Assembly (NCBI GenBank): GCA_040377305.1
Contig: JBEIPA010000019.1
Span: 39,961 to 103,960, forward strand
Origin: Flavobacteriales bacterium
Lineage (GTDB): Bacteria; Bacteroidota; Bacteroidia; Palsa-965
Reading direction: 5' to 3'
DNA: 64,000 nucleotides
Part shown: piece after piece, positions 39,104-49,411 of the stretch
Layout: the number at the start of each line of letters is the position of its first letter
How positions within the stretch are numbered: the first letter of the stretch is position 1
The notes under the pieces: generated by a model
Told to the model about the DNA's origin: nothing
What the model saw: only the letters and a program-made list of their open reading frames with translations
The model's database searches: none
Made by a program: the position numbers and the translations under genes

Positions 39104-42100
39104 ATGCCCCGCATGAACAGATCGTTTACGTTGAGTAGAGCTTTACGGCCAATAGCACAATTCGCTGCCTGGAGTCGGTTCGTTGCTTTACTGGTCGGGG
39201 TTTTCATAGGAACCGGTTTGTTCTCACAAACTTTCTACAATCAATACGGTAATAACCTGGTAAATGAAGGTGGTCAATGTGTTATCGCTTCTTCGGACGG
39301 TAACATGTTTGTTGGCGGATATAAAGACGACAGTGCGCTCGTTCTTAAAGTTGATATGTCGGGAAACATTCTTTGGTCGCGTGTTTTCAAACCGGCTGCA
39401 GGATTTTCGAGTGTCATTCACCAATTAGAAATCAGTCCCGATGGTTTTCTGGTTGGAATCGGAAATGAATTTGATCCGTCTGTTTTACGTTACCGGGATG
39501 GATATTTTTTCAAAATGGATCTGGCGGGAAATCTTATCTGGATAAACCGGGTGAGCGATTCACGGGAGATTCACTTTGAATCTATGCATACGTTTTCCTC
39601 AACCCAATACTTATTTTACCTGACAGTTTACGATTTGGCATCGCCAACATGGGCAGATCCAGCTTCGATAGTTGTTGATGCCGCCACCGGAAATGTAACA
39701 AGCGGAACTCCCCGCTATAATTACACGCCCATTGCCTTTCTTGACGATCACTGCGCGGCAGTGACGAATACAGCGAGTAACCGGGTTTATTCAACCGGGC
39801 GTATTTACCTGAACGGTGCAGCCACAAATTCGATGAGAATTTACCTGAGCAAGCATGATATTGCAGGCAATATTCTCTCAACGACTTACCTGATAAATAC
39901 TGCTGCACAATCTGCGAGGTTGTATGGATCGGATATCATTTACAACAACGATTCCATTGCCATTTCCTATTTCGGAGATATCAGTGCTGCTACTGCAAAC
40001 TTTAGTATTGGCTTAATCCGATGTGATACAAACGGAAATATTGCGTGGGCAAAGAATTACAACATCGCCGGTTCAACTTCTGAAATGAGCTATCGGGTAT
40101 TATCGCATCCAGGTGGATATTTCATAACCGGGTACACGCTGAGCGGTGGAAATAATTTCTTTATTATCTCGGTAGACAATCTGGGAAATATTCTTTGGTC
40201 GAGATCATACGGAAACCCTGCGTCTACTGAAAACCTTCGGGCGAATTATACTCCACACGCTACGATAATAGGATCCAATATCTATTTTACTGGCCAATCC
40301 AATTCTACCGGAACGTTCAATATGGTGCTTGCTTCCGTTGATTTCAGTGGCAACATCAGCTGCCTTACACCTACAACACTCACGGTTGCTACGTTAAATA
40401 ACTTAACTAACCGGACTGTTCTTGCTCCAACCCAAGTCACTTTTACGACTGTTTATAATCACCCGATAGTAGCTCCGATACCACAACCGATCAATGACAT
40501 CTGTGCCAATACCGTACTCAATCTCGGACCGGATTCAGCGATCTGCGGAAGTATTGTGTTGAATGCAACATTACCCGGTGCCACTTCCTACTTGTGGAGC
40601 ACCGGCTCAACGAATCCAACACTTAGCGTTTCAACCCCGGGAACATATTGGGCAACAGTGATGATTAATTGTTGTGAGTACTATGACACAGTGATCATCA
40701 GCGCCGATAGTTTACCCGTCGCTGCATTCTCGTGGGTAAGCGCAAACTGTACCGGTTCAATATCATTCACAAACTCTTCAACCAATGCAGCCACCTATTT
40801 ATGGAGTTACGGAGATAATACGACAAGTGTTGGAGTTGCGTCTAGTCATGCGTACGCGAATTCTGGAGTTTACACAGTAACGCTGGTTGCCACAAGTGGC
40901 TGTGGTTCCGATACTGTTTCAATGCCGGTTGTTGTGCCCAATTCACTATCGGTAACTGCTCTTCCTCCAATTATAACTATATGTCCAGGCGAACCCACTT
41001 CGCTTACCGCAAATGGCGGAGGTGGCTCTGGTCCGATAACGTACAATTGGAATCCCGGAGGCAGTGGTTCGACTATCAGTGTTTCTCCGGTAGTAGCCTC
41101 CACGTTCATTGTCACTGTAAGTGATTCGGTAGGTTGTGCAGCGTCTGACACGATTACGGTAAATATGATTCCGCCCGTTACATTGTCTGCTTCCTCGAAT
41201 ACGATCATTTGTATTGGACAATCGGCTACAATTTCTGCAACAGCAACGAATACTGGACCTTACACGTGGAGTACTTCCGGAAGTACCCAGAGCATAACTG
41301 TTTCTCCTCTTGTAACAACAACTTATTACGTATCAGTTATCGACACTTGTTCCGGGTTAACAATAACTGATTCGGTAGTTGTACAGGTGGATCAGTTGCC
41401 GGTTACACAATTTTCATTCACAGGTCCGGATTGTTTCGGAAATGTAAGCTTCACGAATACATCAACGAATTTCACATCATGCGTTTGGAATTTCGGTGAT
41501 TTATCCGGAAGTGCACTCACCAATCCTTCACATCAATACTCCGGAAACGGTAACTATGTTCTGACTCTCATCAGCAACAATGCATGCGGAGCAGATACCG
41601 CTTATTCAAACGTGAATATTCCTCCACCGTACAACCTGACTGCAACCCCAAATGCAATTTCAATTTGTCCGGGCACACCAACAACGTTGACTGCTTCTGT
41701 AAGCGGTGGATTCGGCTCTTCCACCTACGTGTGGAATCCGGGTGGCAGTGGTGCTTCAATCATCGTTTCTCCGACAACACCATCGACATTTATTGTGACT
41801 GCAACTGATTCACTTGGGTGTACATCAGCAGATACAATCAACGTCAATATTATTCCTGCAGTACTTCTCTCCGTGTCCTCCGATACCTCAGTTTGTGTTG
41901 GTCAGCCGGTAACAATTACTGCCGCCGCGACAAATGGCGGACCATACACATGGAGTGCCGCTCCGGGTAACACCGCGAGTATCACTGTCACACCACTGAT
42001 AACGACAACGTATTTTGTTTCAGTGACTGATACTTGTTCCGGCCTCACACTTACCGATTCCATAGTGGTAACTGTTGACCAATTACCCGTTACTCAGTTC

Positions 42101-43549
42101 AGCATCATCGGACCTGATTGTTTCGGCAATTGTACGTTCACCAATGGATCATCCAACTTCACTTCCTCTTTATGGGACTTTGGTGATCTGTCCGGAGATA
42201 CTGCTCTGTCACCATCGCACCAATACGTAGGTGGTGGAAATTTCAATGTGATGTTAGTTTCTGCAAACGCGTGTGGAACAGATACTGCTATTACTCCTGT
42301 GAACATTCCATTCCCTCTCAACATCATCGTGAATCCATCCAGCGCTGTTGTGTGCACGGGCGACAGCACTTTACTCAGTGCATCAGCAACAGGTGGAACA
42401 GGCACGATGAGTTATGTCTGGAATCCAAATGCAATACAGGGACCATCAATAATGATTACGCCAAGTTCTTCGGGATGGTATTACGTAAGTGTTACTGACT
42501 CCATGGGCTGTGTCGATTCAGATTCAGTTTCTGTGACCATCAGCACGCCAGTTACTTTAAGCGCAACTGGAGGCAACACGATCTGCTTTGGTCAGAGCAC
42601 AACAATTTCTGCGAATGCCTCCAACGGCGGACCTTACACGTGGAGTAATAGCTTAGGAAGCACCAGCAGTATTTCGGTAACGCCATCGGTTACGACGACA
42701 TATTACGTTTCTGTTTTCGATTCTTGTTCCGGATTAACAATCACAGATTCAGTGACTGTGTTCGTAATGCCACCGAGTACAGTTGCATTCTCGGTTGACT
42801 CTTTGTCAGGATGTGTGCCGCTAACCGTTTACTTCACAGATCTGTCTACAACATTACAGGATCAGATTTCAGGATGGACCTGGGATTTTGGCGATGGAGA
42901 CAGTTCCAATTTACAATCACCTTTTCACACATATACCACACCGGGATCATATACCGTAACACTCACGGTTGTGACTACAAGCGGATGTGTTACCACGCTG
43001 ATCAACGGAGCGGTAATCAATGTTTATCCTGTGCCAGTAGCAGGATTCGATTGGGAACAATTAGGTAGTATAGGTGATCAACCCGAAGTGCAATTCACTG
43101 ACGAATCAGTTGGAGCAACGACCTGGCAATGGTACTTCGGAGATAGCACGTCATCATTGGTGCCGAGTCCTTTCCACAACTATACTTCCGTTGGCGGATT
43201 CACAGCTATGCAGGTTGTGGGAAATAACTACGGATGTTATGATACCGCCTATGCTCAGCTTGACCTCGAAGGTGAATTCACTATTTATGTGCCAAATACG
43301 TTCACGCCGGGTGTTGGTGATCACAACAATACCTTTGGTGGAATCGGCACAGGTATTGCGCAATATCACCTCATGGTATTCGATCGTTGGGGAATGCTCA
43401 TCTTCGAATCAAACAGTTACTACACCCAATGGGATGGAACATTCCGCGGCAACAAAGTGCAGCAGGACACGTACGTTTGGATGATTGATGTGGTTGATTT
43501 CCGTGGTGGAGAACATCATCTGATGGGCCACATCAATGTAATTCGGTAA
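39104..43549 (+). CDS. Large PKD/Ig-repeat surface protein with a T9SS type B (gliding motility-associated) CTD
   Basis: N-terminal beta-propeller-like GNxxWS repeats; PKD motifs WSYGD/WNFGD/WDFGD/WYFGD; C-terminal YVPNTFTPG...FDRWG...WDGT...GHINVIR. Confidence 0.92.
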   Translation: MPRMNRSFTLSRALRPIAQFAAWSRFVALLVGVFIGTGLFSQTFYNQYGNNLVNEGGQCVIASSDGNMFVGGYKDDSALVLKVDMSGNILWSRVFKPAAGFSSVIHQLEISPDGFLVGIGNEFDPSVLRYRDGYFFKMDLAGNLIWINRVSDSREIHFESMHTFSSTQYLFYLTVYDLASPTWADPASIVVDAATGNVTSGTPRYNYTPIAFLDDHCAAVTNTASNRVYSTGRIYLNGAATNSMRIYLSKHDIAGNILSTTYLINTAAQSARLYGSDIIYNNDSIAISYFGDISAATANFSIGLIRCDTNGNIAWAKNYNIAGSTSEMSYRVLSHPGGYFITGYTLSGGNNFFIISVDNLGNILWSRSYGNPASTENLRANYTPHATIIGSNIYFTGQSNSTGTFNMVLASVDFSGNISCLTPTTLTVATLNNLTNRTVLAPTQVTFTTVYNHPIVAPIPQPINDICANTVLNLGPDSAICGSIVLNATLPGATSYLWSTGSTNPTLSVSTPGTYWATVMINCCEYYDTVIISADSLPVAAFSWVSANCTGSISFTNSSTNAATYLWSYGDNTTSVGVASSHAYANSGVYTVTLVATSGCGSDTVSMPVVVPNSLSVTALPPIITICPGEPTSLTANGGGGSGPITYNWNPGGSGSTISVSPVVASTFIVTVSDSVGCAASDTITVNMIPPVTLSASSNTIICIGQSATISATATNTGPYTWSTSGSTQSITVSPLVTTTYYVSVIDTCSGLTITDSVVVQVDQLPVTQFSFTGPDCFGNVSFTNTSTNFTSCVWNFGDLSGSALTNPSHQYSGNGNYVLTLISNNACGADTAYSNVNIPPPYNLTATPNAISICPGTPTTLTASVSGGFGSSTYVWNPGGSGASIIVSPTTPSTFIVTATDSLGCTSADTINVNIIPAVLLSVSSDTSVCVGQPVTITAAATNGGPYTWSAAPGNTASITVTPLITTTYFVSVTDTCSGLTLTDSIVVTVDQLPVTQFSIIGPDCFGNCTFTNGSSNFTSSLWDFGDLSGDTALSPSHQYVGGGNFNVMLVSANACGTDTAITPVNIPFPLNIIVNPSSAVVCTGDSTLLSASATGGTGTMSYVWNPNAIQGPSIMITPSSSGWYYVSVTDSMGCVDSDSVSVTISTPVTLSATGGNTICFGQSTTISANASNGGPYTWSNSLGSTSSISVTPSVTTTYYVSVFDSCSGLTITDSVTVFVMPPSTVAFSVDSLSGCVPLTVYFTDLSTTLQDQISGWTWDFGDGDSSNLQSPFHTYTTPGSYTVTLTVVTTSGCVTTLINGAVINVYPVPVAGFDWEQLGSIGDQPEVQFTDESVGATTWQWYFGDSTSSLVPSPFHNYTSVGGFTAMQVVGNNYGCYDTAYAQLDLEGEFTIYVPNTFTPGVGDHNNTFGGIGTGIAQYHLMVFDRWGMLIFESNSYYTQWDGTFRGNKVQQDTYVWMIDVVDFRGGEHHLMGHINVIR

Positions 43550-43551
43550 CC

Positions 43552-44673
43552 TTACGGATACAATTCCAACCAACTTTTCACATTCGATTGCCATCCGCTC
43601 AACTTCACAATCTTTTCCATGTTTCCTTTCACACGCGAACGATTGTGTGACAAGTCACCAATCAACTCAATCACCTTCTCTCCTACTTGTTCAGGGATGT
43701 TCACTTTCCAGTATTGAATTCCCAGTTCATCAAACACACCATACGGTAGCCAATCGCCGGTGATTACGAGACTTCCCGCGCATATGTGTTCCTGCATTGC
43801 ACCAGCCAACTGATCGGAAGTCTGAACCTGAATCATGAGATCGCTCGCCGCTCTAAAATGTGCGAGTTGCTCATCGGGCAAATATTTTTCAATGAAGTGA
43901 TAGTTCAGTCCGAGTGCTGTTAATCGTGTTCTGATCAACTGAACGCGTGAAGAGTCTCCCATTGCCAACGGAAATACGAGTAGATAATTAGAAGGCAGTC
44001 GATTCTTCACTCTACCAAGCGATTCAATTATCGACTCGTGTTGTTGTCCGGCAGATGCATTGTAGCCACACGCAATTACAAAACTGTTTGCTGGTAATCC
44101 CGCTGCGACTTTGTGTTCTGAAAGACTATGCGACTTCTGTTCGACGATTGCATCGAGTGGTTTTAGGCCGAAGCGGCGGATGCTGGTTTTCGATTCACCG
44201 ACTTTGAACCGCTTGCAGAAATCTGTCAGCGTTTGCTGATTCGCTGCAGTAACGTGATCGGCCATTGAGGCTAGTGGTTCCAATTCCTTCAGAATCAATT
44301 CCGGGGAGCGATACAATTCACTTCCGAAGATAGAAACGATAAACTTTGGAGCTACCTCGTGAATCAATCGCATGGAGCGCGTGTAACCAACATGCATAAA
44401 AAACATGTGCACTACATCGTACTTCTTCTCTATTCTCTTTAGCGCCTTCTTAAACTGTAACGCCATCCAAACTGTTTTGAGACCCGGAATTCCACGAAAG
44501 AATTTCCCTGCTGGCAACGCATACACAGCAGTGAATGCGTTCCGGGATTCTGAATGAGTAACTGGTGACTCCGAAAGTATGTCGATTGTTAAGCCTGAAC
44601 GTAGCTTTCGCAATTCAATGGCAAGATTGATCAGCAAGGGATTGTTCGCGTTCCCGAGGAAAAGTATCCGCAT
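43552..44673 (-). CDS. GT-B glycosyltransferase, WecF (GT56)-like
   Basis: IACGYNAS..QQH, LVFPLAMG, KYLP..QL..FRAASDL...DQLAGAM..HICAG parallel the WecF C-terminal domain pattern. Confidence 0.65.
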   Translation of the reverse strand: MRILFLGNANNPLLINLAIELRKLRSGLTIDILSESPVTHSESRNAFTAVYALPAGKFFRGIPGLKTVWMALQFKKALKRIEKKYDVVHMFFMHVGYTRSMRLIHEVAPKFIVSIFGSELYRSPELILKELEPLASMADHVTAANQQTLTDFCKRFKVGESKTSIRRFGLKPLDAIVEQKSHSLSEHKVAAGLPANSFVIACGYNASAGQQHESIIESLGRVKNRLPSNYLLVFPLAMGDSSRVQLIRTRLTALGLNYHFIEKYLPDEQLAHFRAASDLMIQVQTSDQLAGAMQEHICAGSLVITGDWLPYGVFDELGIQYWKVNIPEQVGEKVIELIGDLSHNRSRVKGNMEKIVKLSGWQSNVKSWLELYP

Positions 44674-44677
44674 ATCC

Positions 44678-45760
44678 TTATTGCTGATTTCGCTTCTCAA
44701 AGCTCTTCAGCGTTTGTTGATATTCGTTCCATTCTCCAATATCGAACCACGATTTTTCGCTAACCGGAAATACGCCAACTTTACCGCCACGCGCTTTCAC
44801 CTTTTCGATCAGTTCAGTAATATGAAAGAATGTATTCTCAGGAATTTCTTTGATCACATCTGGTTCCAACACATACATGCCGCTGTTGATCACATACGTA
44901 AGCTCTGGCTTTTCCTTCATCGAAAGCAAACGACCACCCTCTCCCATCTCCAGCGTTCCATACGGAATCTTGTGGTGCTTCAGTGAACCGACCAGCGTAA
45001 TTTCGTTTCCGCTCTCCTTGTGATATTTATAGATATCGCGGTAATCCTGGTCAATCAGGATGTCGCAATTAGAAACGAAGAAGGTTGACTTTAATACATC
45101 TTTCAAAAGAAAAATAGAACCAGCTGTTCCCAGCGGCTTATCTTCCATGATATAATTCAGTGAATATTTTTTGTCTTTGACGTGATCGAAGTAGTACCTG
45201 ATCATCTCGTGTTTGTAATTTACAGAAAGATGAAATTCAGTTGCGCCCAGTTTATTGAAACCGTCAATTATTATTTCTAGAATCGGCTTCTCACCAATTG
45301 GAACCAAAGGTTTGGGAATAATATTCGTCAAGGGTTTCAACCTGCTGCCGAATCCACCAGCCATTATTACAACTGGCACTTTCAAGTCATTTCCAACGGG
45401 TTGAATTCTCTCTGTGAATTCCTCTTCCCAGAAGAACACATCCACGAGGTTGTTCTTTTCATCTACAACAGGCATGAGCTCGGTCCGGAACTCCACCATC
45501 ATCTTGCGCACTGCATCTTTGTCATCACCAGGTTTCGCGACGCGAATATTCTTGCGCATCACGTCTTCCACCGGCTTTTCAAGCGACATATTTTTGATAA
45601 TGCCGCGTTGAATATCCCCGATACTGAGTAGTCCGAAATACTTGGAACCATCGAAAACAATCAAAAGTTTACGATCCAGAGCATCCATCTGCTTCAAGGC
45701 CGAAACAATTGTGGCATTTCTTTGAATTGACCTCTGTCCGACCTTTTCTGATGAAAACAT
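44678..45760 (-). CDS. CBS-domain sugar nucleotidyltransferase (PtmE-like)
   Basis: N-terminal CBS pair (GLLSIGDIQRG); IMAGGFGSRLKPLT..IPKPL, EDKPLGTAGS, WFDIG. Confidence 0.9.
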   Translation of the reverse strand: MFSSEKVGQRSIQRNATIVSALKQMDALDRKLLIVFDGSKYFGLLSIGDIQRGIIKNMSLEKPVEDVMRKNIRVAKPGDDKDAVRKMMVEFRTELMPVVDEKNNLVDVFFWEEEFTERIQPVGNDLKVPVVIMAGGFGSRLKPLTNIIPKPLVPIGEKPILEIIIDGFNKLGATEFHLSVNYKHEMIRYYFDHVKDKKYSLNYIMEDKPLGTAGSIFLLKDVLKSTFFVSNCDILIDQDYRDIYKYHKESGNEITLVGSLKHHKIPYGTLEMGEGGRLLSMKEKPELTYVINSGMYVLEPDVIKEIPENTFFHITELIEKVKARGGKVGVFPVSEKSWFDIGEWNEYQQTLKSFEKRNQQ

Positions 45761-45795
45761 ATTTTTTGTAGCTTGCTGAAGCAAAGTAACCTAAT

Positions 45796-47679
45796 ATGAA
45801 GAAGATTCTACCCCTATGCGCACTTTTTGTATTCACAGCAAAGTGTTATTCCCAGACAAATCTTGTTAATAATGGCAGTTTCGAGAGTTATTCGAACTGC
45901 CCAACGGCTTTTAGTCAAGTCAATTATGCGAACGGGTGGGTCAAATCGTTCATTTGGAATTCGAATCCCGGTGGCTGGCACACTGAATATATGAATTCAT
46001 GCAACGGTGGAAATTGGGTTGGTGTGCCGGCAAATGGCTGGGGCAGCCAAACAGCATATGACGGTAGCGGATACATTGCTCAAGCTCCGTCTTGCCCAAG
46101 TCAACAGGCCAATTACAGAGAAAATATTTACACGTCGCTCAGTTCCCCCTTACAGATTGGCGCAACATATACTATTTCATATCGAATTAGCTTAGCCGAC
46201 AATTGTCGCTATGCGTCTGACAAATATTGTGTACAACTGGGAACCGACGCAGTATTCCCCATAAATAACCAAGCGCTGCATACTGCAGGTCTGATTACAA
46301 ACAAAACGAACTGGACACTAATTTCTCATTCGTTTGTTGCAGACAGTAATTACACATACTTGTCCCTTGGTAATTTCTATGACGATGCTAATACAAGCTA
46401 TGTGCTTACCTATCCGGCTGCAAGTCTCAACAATGCACTATACTACGTCGATAGTCTCCAGTTGTACATGACAAGTGGTCCTTCTGCGCCTGATATTCAA
46501 TCTACTTTTGCTTGTCTCACAGGATCTTTCTCACTGAACAATGCAGCATCATTAATTTCTGTTGCATGGAACTTCGGCGATCTTGCTTCAGGACCGAATA
46601 ACACTTCTACACTCACAAATCCGACACACATTTTCACTTCCGCCGGCTCTTATACAGTTTCTGCTATTGCACAGTTTCCATCCGGACCAGATACAATCAC
46701 TCAAGTTGTATCGGTGAGCGGTGCAACCACCACAGCGTCATTTACCGCAGCAAATGTTCCGTGTGGTACAGCTGTTACATTCAATAATACATCCGGTAAT
46801 TACACTTCCTGCAGTTGGGATTTTGGCGACAGCAATACGTCGACCCTGATTGCTCCCTCGCACCTGTATGCAAACAGCGGGATATACACTGTAACCATGA
46901 TTGCCTACGGTCCGTGCAATAATGACACGATAGTTCAGAACGTTACCGTAACTGTTCCGGTAATCGATGCATCGTATACAGCCACAGGAAACGGATGTTC
47001 AGGCAGTCCGGTTTACTTTGCGGGGAATGCGCCTAATGCAACTACATACTGGTGGGATTTCGGTGACGGGAACAATGCGTCCACAATTGCGCCGACACAT
47101 ATTTACGCTAGCGCAGGATCGTACACCGTTACGTTCGTAGGAACCAATTTCTGTACAAATGACACGGTAATTCATGTAATTAACGTGACACAATCGCCTG
47201 GACTATCAATAAATGTGTCATCCGATACCATTTGCACGGGTAGTTCCGTGGTCCTGAATGCAACCGGTGGAACCAGCATTCAATGGAGCGGAGGATCGAC
47301 ATCAACTGCCTATACGGTGACTGATTTCCCAACCAGCAACACTTCTTATGTTGCCACTGTTACGGATGGTGTATGCTCTACAATCGACTCGGTTTACATT
47401 GTTGTTGATCCCTGCCTAGGCATGACCAACGGCATAGGCGAAGGAGCAGGATTAACCCTATTTCCAAATCCGGCTAAGACAACTGTGTCCGTGATTTCAG
47501 TTGAAGCCATTCAATCCATCGAAGTGTACGACGTACTTGGAAATATTGTTTATTCGGAATCAATGGCGGCACCAACTAAAGCTGCAGCAATTGATGTTTC
47601 GAAATTACGTGCGGGCAGTTACCAGTTGATTGCGAAAACAAGCAACGGGGTTATAACTTCAGACTTTATTGTGGAATAA
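45796..47679 (+). CDS. PKD domain protein with a T9SS type A CTD
   Basis: Signal peptide; NLVNNGSFESYSNCP lectin-like N-domain; three W-x-FGD PKD motifs; LFPNPAK...VYDVLG...GSYQL. Confidence 0.9.
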   Translation: MKKILPLCALFVFTAKCYSQTNLVNNGSFESYSNCPTAFSQVNYANGWVKSFIWNSNPGGWHTEYMNSCNGGNWVGVPANGWGSQTAYDGSGYIAQAPSCPSQQANYRENIYTSLSSPLQIGATYTISYRISLADNCRYASDKYCVQLGTDAVFPINNQALHTAGLITNKTNWTLISHSFVADSNYTYLSLGNFYDDANTSYVLTYPAASLNNALYYVDSLQLYMTSGPSAPDIQSTFACLTGSFSLNNAASLISVAWNFGDLASGPNNTSTLTNPTHIFTSAGSYTVSAIAQFPSGPDTITQVVSVSGATTTASFTAANVPCGTAVTFNNTSGNYTSCSWDFGDSNTSTLIAPSHLYANSGIYTVTMIAYGPCNNDTIVQNVTVTVPVIDASYTATGNGCSGSPVYFAGNAPNATTYWWDFGDGNNASTIAPTHIYASAGSYTVTFVGTNFCTNDTVIHVINVTQSPGLSINVSSDTICTGSSVVLNATGGTSIQWSGGSTSTAYTVTDFPTSNTSYVATVTDGVCSTIDSVYIVVDPCLGMTNGIGEGAGLTLFPNPAKTTVSVISVEAIQSIEVYDVLGNIVYSESMAAPTKAAAIDVSKLRAGSYQLIAKTSNGVITSDFIVE

Positions 47680-47685
47680 TCCGTT

Positions 47686-48264
47686 CTATTTTACAATAGA
47701 ATTCGCCTTAACGAAGGAGCCTTCAGGAATGATCGCTCCTTCTTTGCTTACTGCGCCGCTGCCATAGAAAGAGCGACTGCCCAATTGCGCATTTCCGTTA
47801 AGAATAGATCCGGTTGAAACGTGACAATGATCGCCAACAATCACATCATGTTCTACGAGTGCCCGATTGTTGATGATGCAATTCTCTCCAACTTCTGCAT
47901 CGGCATTAACTAGAGCAAAGTGCATCACAATAGTTCCGGCCCCAACAGATGCATGCGCTGAAACACGGGCAAGCGGGGAAATAATTACTGGAGTTTCAGC
48001 CTTTAAGTCACGAAGCTTGTTGAATAATTTCTCACGTACTACAGGCGACTTCATGTGGCCCACTGTAATGTGAAACGCGTAACCCATTTTCGCATATTCC
48101 TCAATCATCTCATCAGTACCCACGATGGAATGTCCGCATACTTGCTGCCCAACTTTATCTACCGAATCGAGAATTCCGATAATCTTGAATGCTCCCGCAG
48201 CTTCAATCACGTCAATACATGATTTGCAGTGACCACCTCCACCGATGAGAACAAGTTTCTTCAT
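47686..48264 (-). CDS. NeuD/PglD family sugar N-acetyltransferase
   Basis: IGGGGHCKSCIDVIE, hexapeptide repeats, VEHD..VGDHCHVS. Confidence 0.9.
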   Translation of the reverse strand: MKKLVLIGGGGHCKSCIDVIEAAGAFKIIGILDSVDKVGQQVCGHSIVGTDEMIEEYAKMGYAFHITVGHMKSPVVREKLFNKLRDLKAETPVIISPLARVSAHASVGAGTIVMHFALVNADAEVGENCIINNRALVEHDVIVGDHCHVSTGSILNGNAQLGSRSFYGSGAVSKEGAIIPEGSFVKANSIVK

Positions 48265-49409
48265 TTAACTATCGGGCTACTCGGCACATTCACAACCCGA
48301 TCTTCTAACCACTGCGAATTATCCAGGTTCATTGCCGGGCAATTCGTGAACATGCTGAGCTTGTTCATCAGGGTCCAGATCGGACGGGTCATTATGCCAT
48401 TGTCGTTTGTGTAAGTGAGAAATTTATCGCGTGCATCACGATCCTTGAGGAGCACGACGTTAAGCCAGTAATTGCTCTTGCAGAAGTCACGCTCGTGGAA
48501 GAACTGAACATCTGTATTTGAGAAAAACTTCTGGTATGCTGCTGCGATTTCACGTTTGCTGTCGAGGTAACGCTGAATATTTTCCATTTGCGCTACACCA
48601 ATTGCGGCACTCACATTGGTCATGCGGTAGTTGTAACCGATTTCGTCGTGAACAAAATCCCAGCGATGCGGAACTTTTGCAGTCGTGGTCATATGTTTCG
48701 CACGCTTCGCAAGATTCTCGTCGTTGGTAATGATCATTCCACCGCCGCCGGTTGTGATCGTCTTATTACCATTGTAGCTGAGAATGCCAACTTTCCCTGC
48801 TGCACCTGTATGCTTGCCTTTGTAATACGTTCCAAGCGACTCTGCAGAATCTTCGACAACGGGAATGTTGTACTTATCGCAAACTGCAAGTAACTCATCC
48901 ATACGCACTGCATGGCCGAATGTATGCATAGGCACACACGCAGCTATACGACGTTGTGTATTCTTGTTATAGCAATGACCATCGTTACGCATCTCCGCGT
49001 TTGCAGCGAGCCATTCCTCAAGCTTAACCGGATCTAATCCGAGCGTTTCCTTCTCACAATCGGCGAACAAAGGAAATGCACGGCAGTAAGCAATGGCATT
49101 TGCAGTTGCCACAAATGTTAACGCCGGTGAAATCACTTCCTCATTGTCTTTCACTCCTGCGAGAACAAGAGCAATATGCAATGCTGCGGTTCCGTTCACA
49201 CAAGCGACCGCATATTTTGCGCCGGTGAATTCTGCCGTCTTCTCTTCGAACAAACCTACAAAGCGACCCACATAAGAAACAAATGTGGAGTCAATACACT
49301 CCGCCAGATATTCCTTCTCACGACCCACAAATACAGGCGCATGCAGTGGAATAAATTCCTTCGTACCATACAGGTTACGGACAAAATCAACTGTTGACTG
49401 GTAGCTCAT
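48261..49409 (-). CDS. legC: LegC family aminotransferase
   Basis: FIPLHAPVF, CIDSTFVS, PMHTFGH, SYNGNKTITTGGGG, KHMTTTAK, SNYWLN. Confidence 0.9.
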   Translation of the reverse strand: MSYQSTVDFVRNLYGTKEFIPLHAPVFVGREKEYLAECIDSTFVSYVGRFVGLFEEKTAEFTGAKYAVACVNGTAALHIALVLAGVKDNEEVISPALTFVATANAIAYCRAFPLFADCEKETLGLDPVKLEEWLAANAEMRNDGHCYNKNTQRRIAACVPMHTFGHAVRMDELLAVCDKYNIPVVEDSAESLGTYYKGKHTGAAGKVGILSYNGNKTITTGGGGMIITNDENLAKRAKHMTTTAKVPHRWDFVHDEIGYNYRMTNVSAAIGVAQMENIQRYLDSKREIAAAYQKFFSNTDVQFFHERDFCKSNYWLNVVLLKDRDARDKFLTYTNDNGIMTRPIWTLMNKLSMFTNCPAMNLDNSQWLEDRVVNVPSSPIVK

Positions 49410-49411
49410 GT

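Noticed and set aside
40700-42770. DGR template/variable repeat pair
   Set aside because: Differences are not adenine-specific, all copies are in-frame coding domains, and there is no reverse transcriptase in the window
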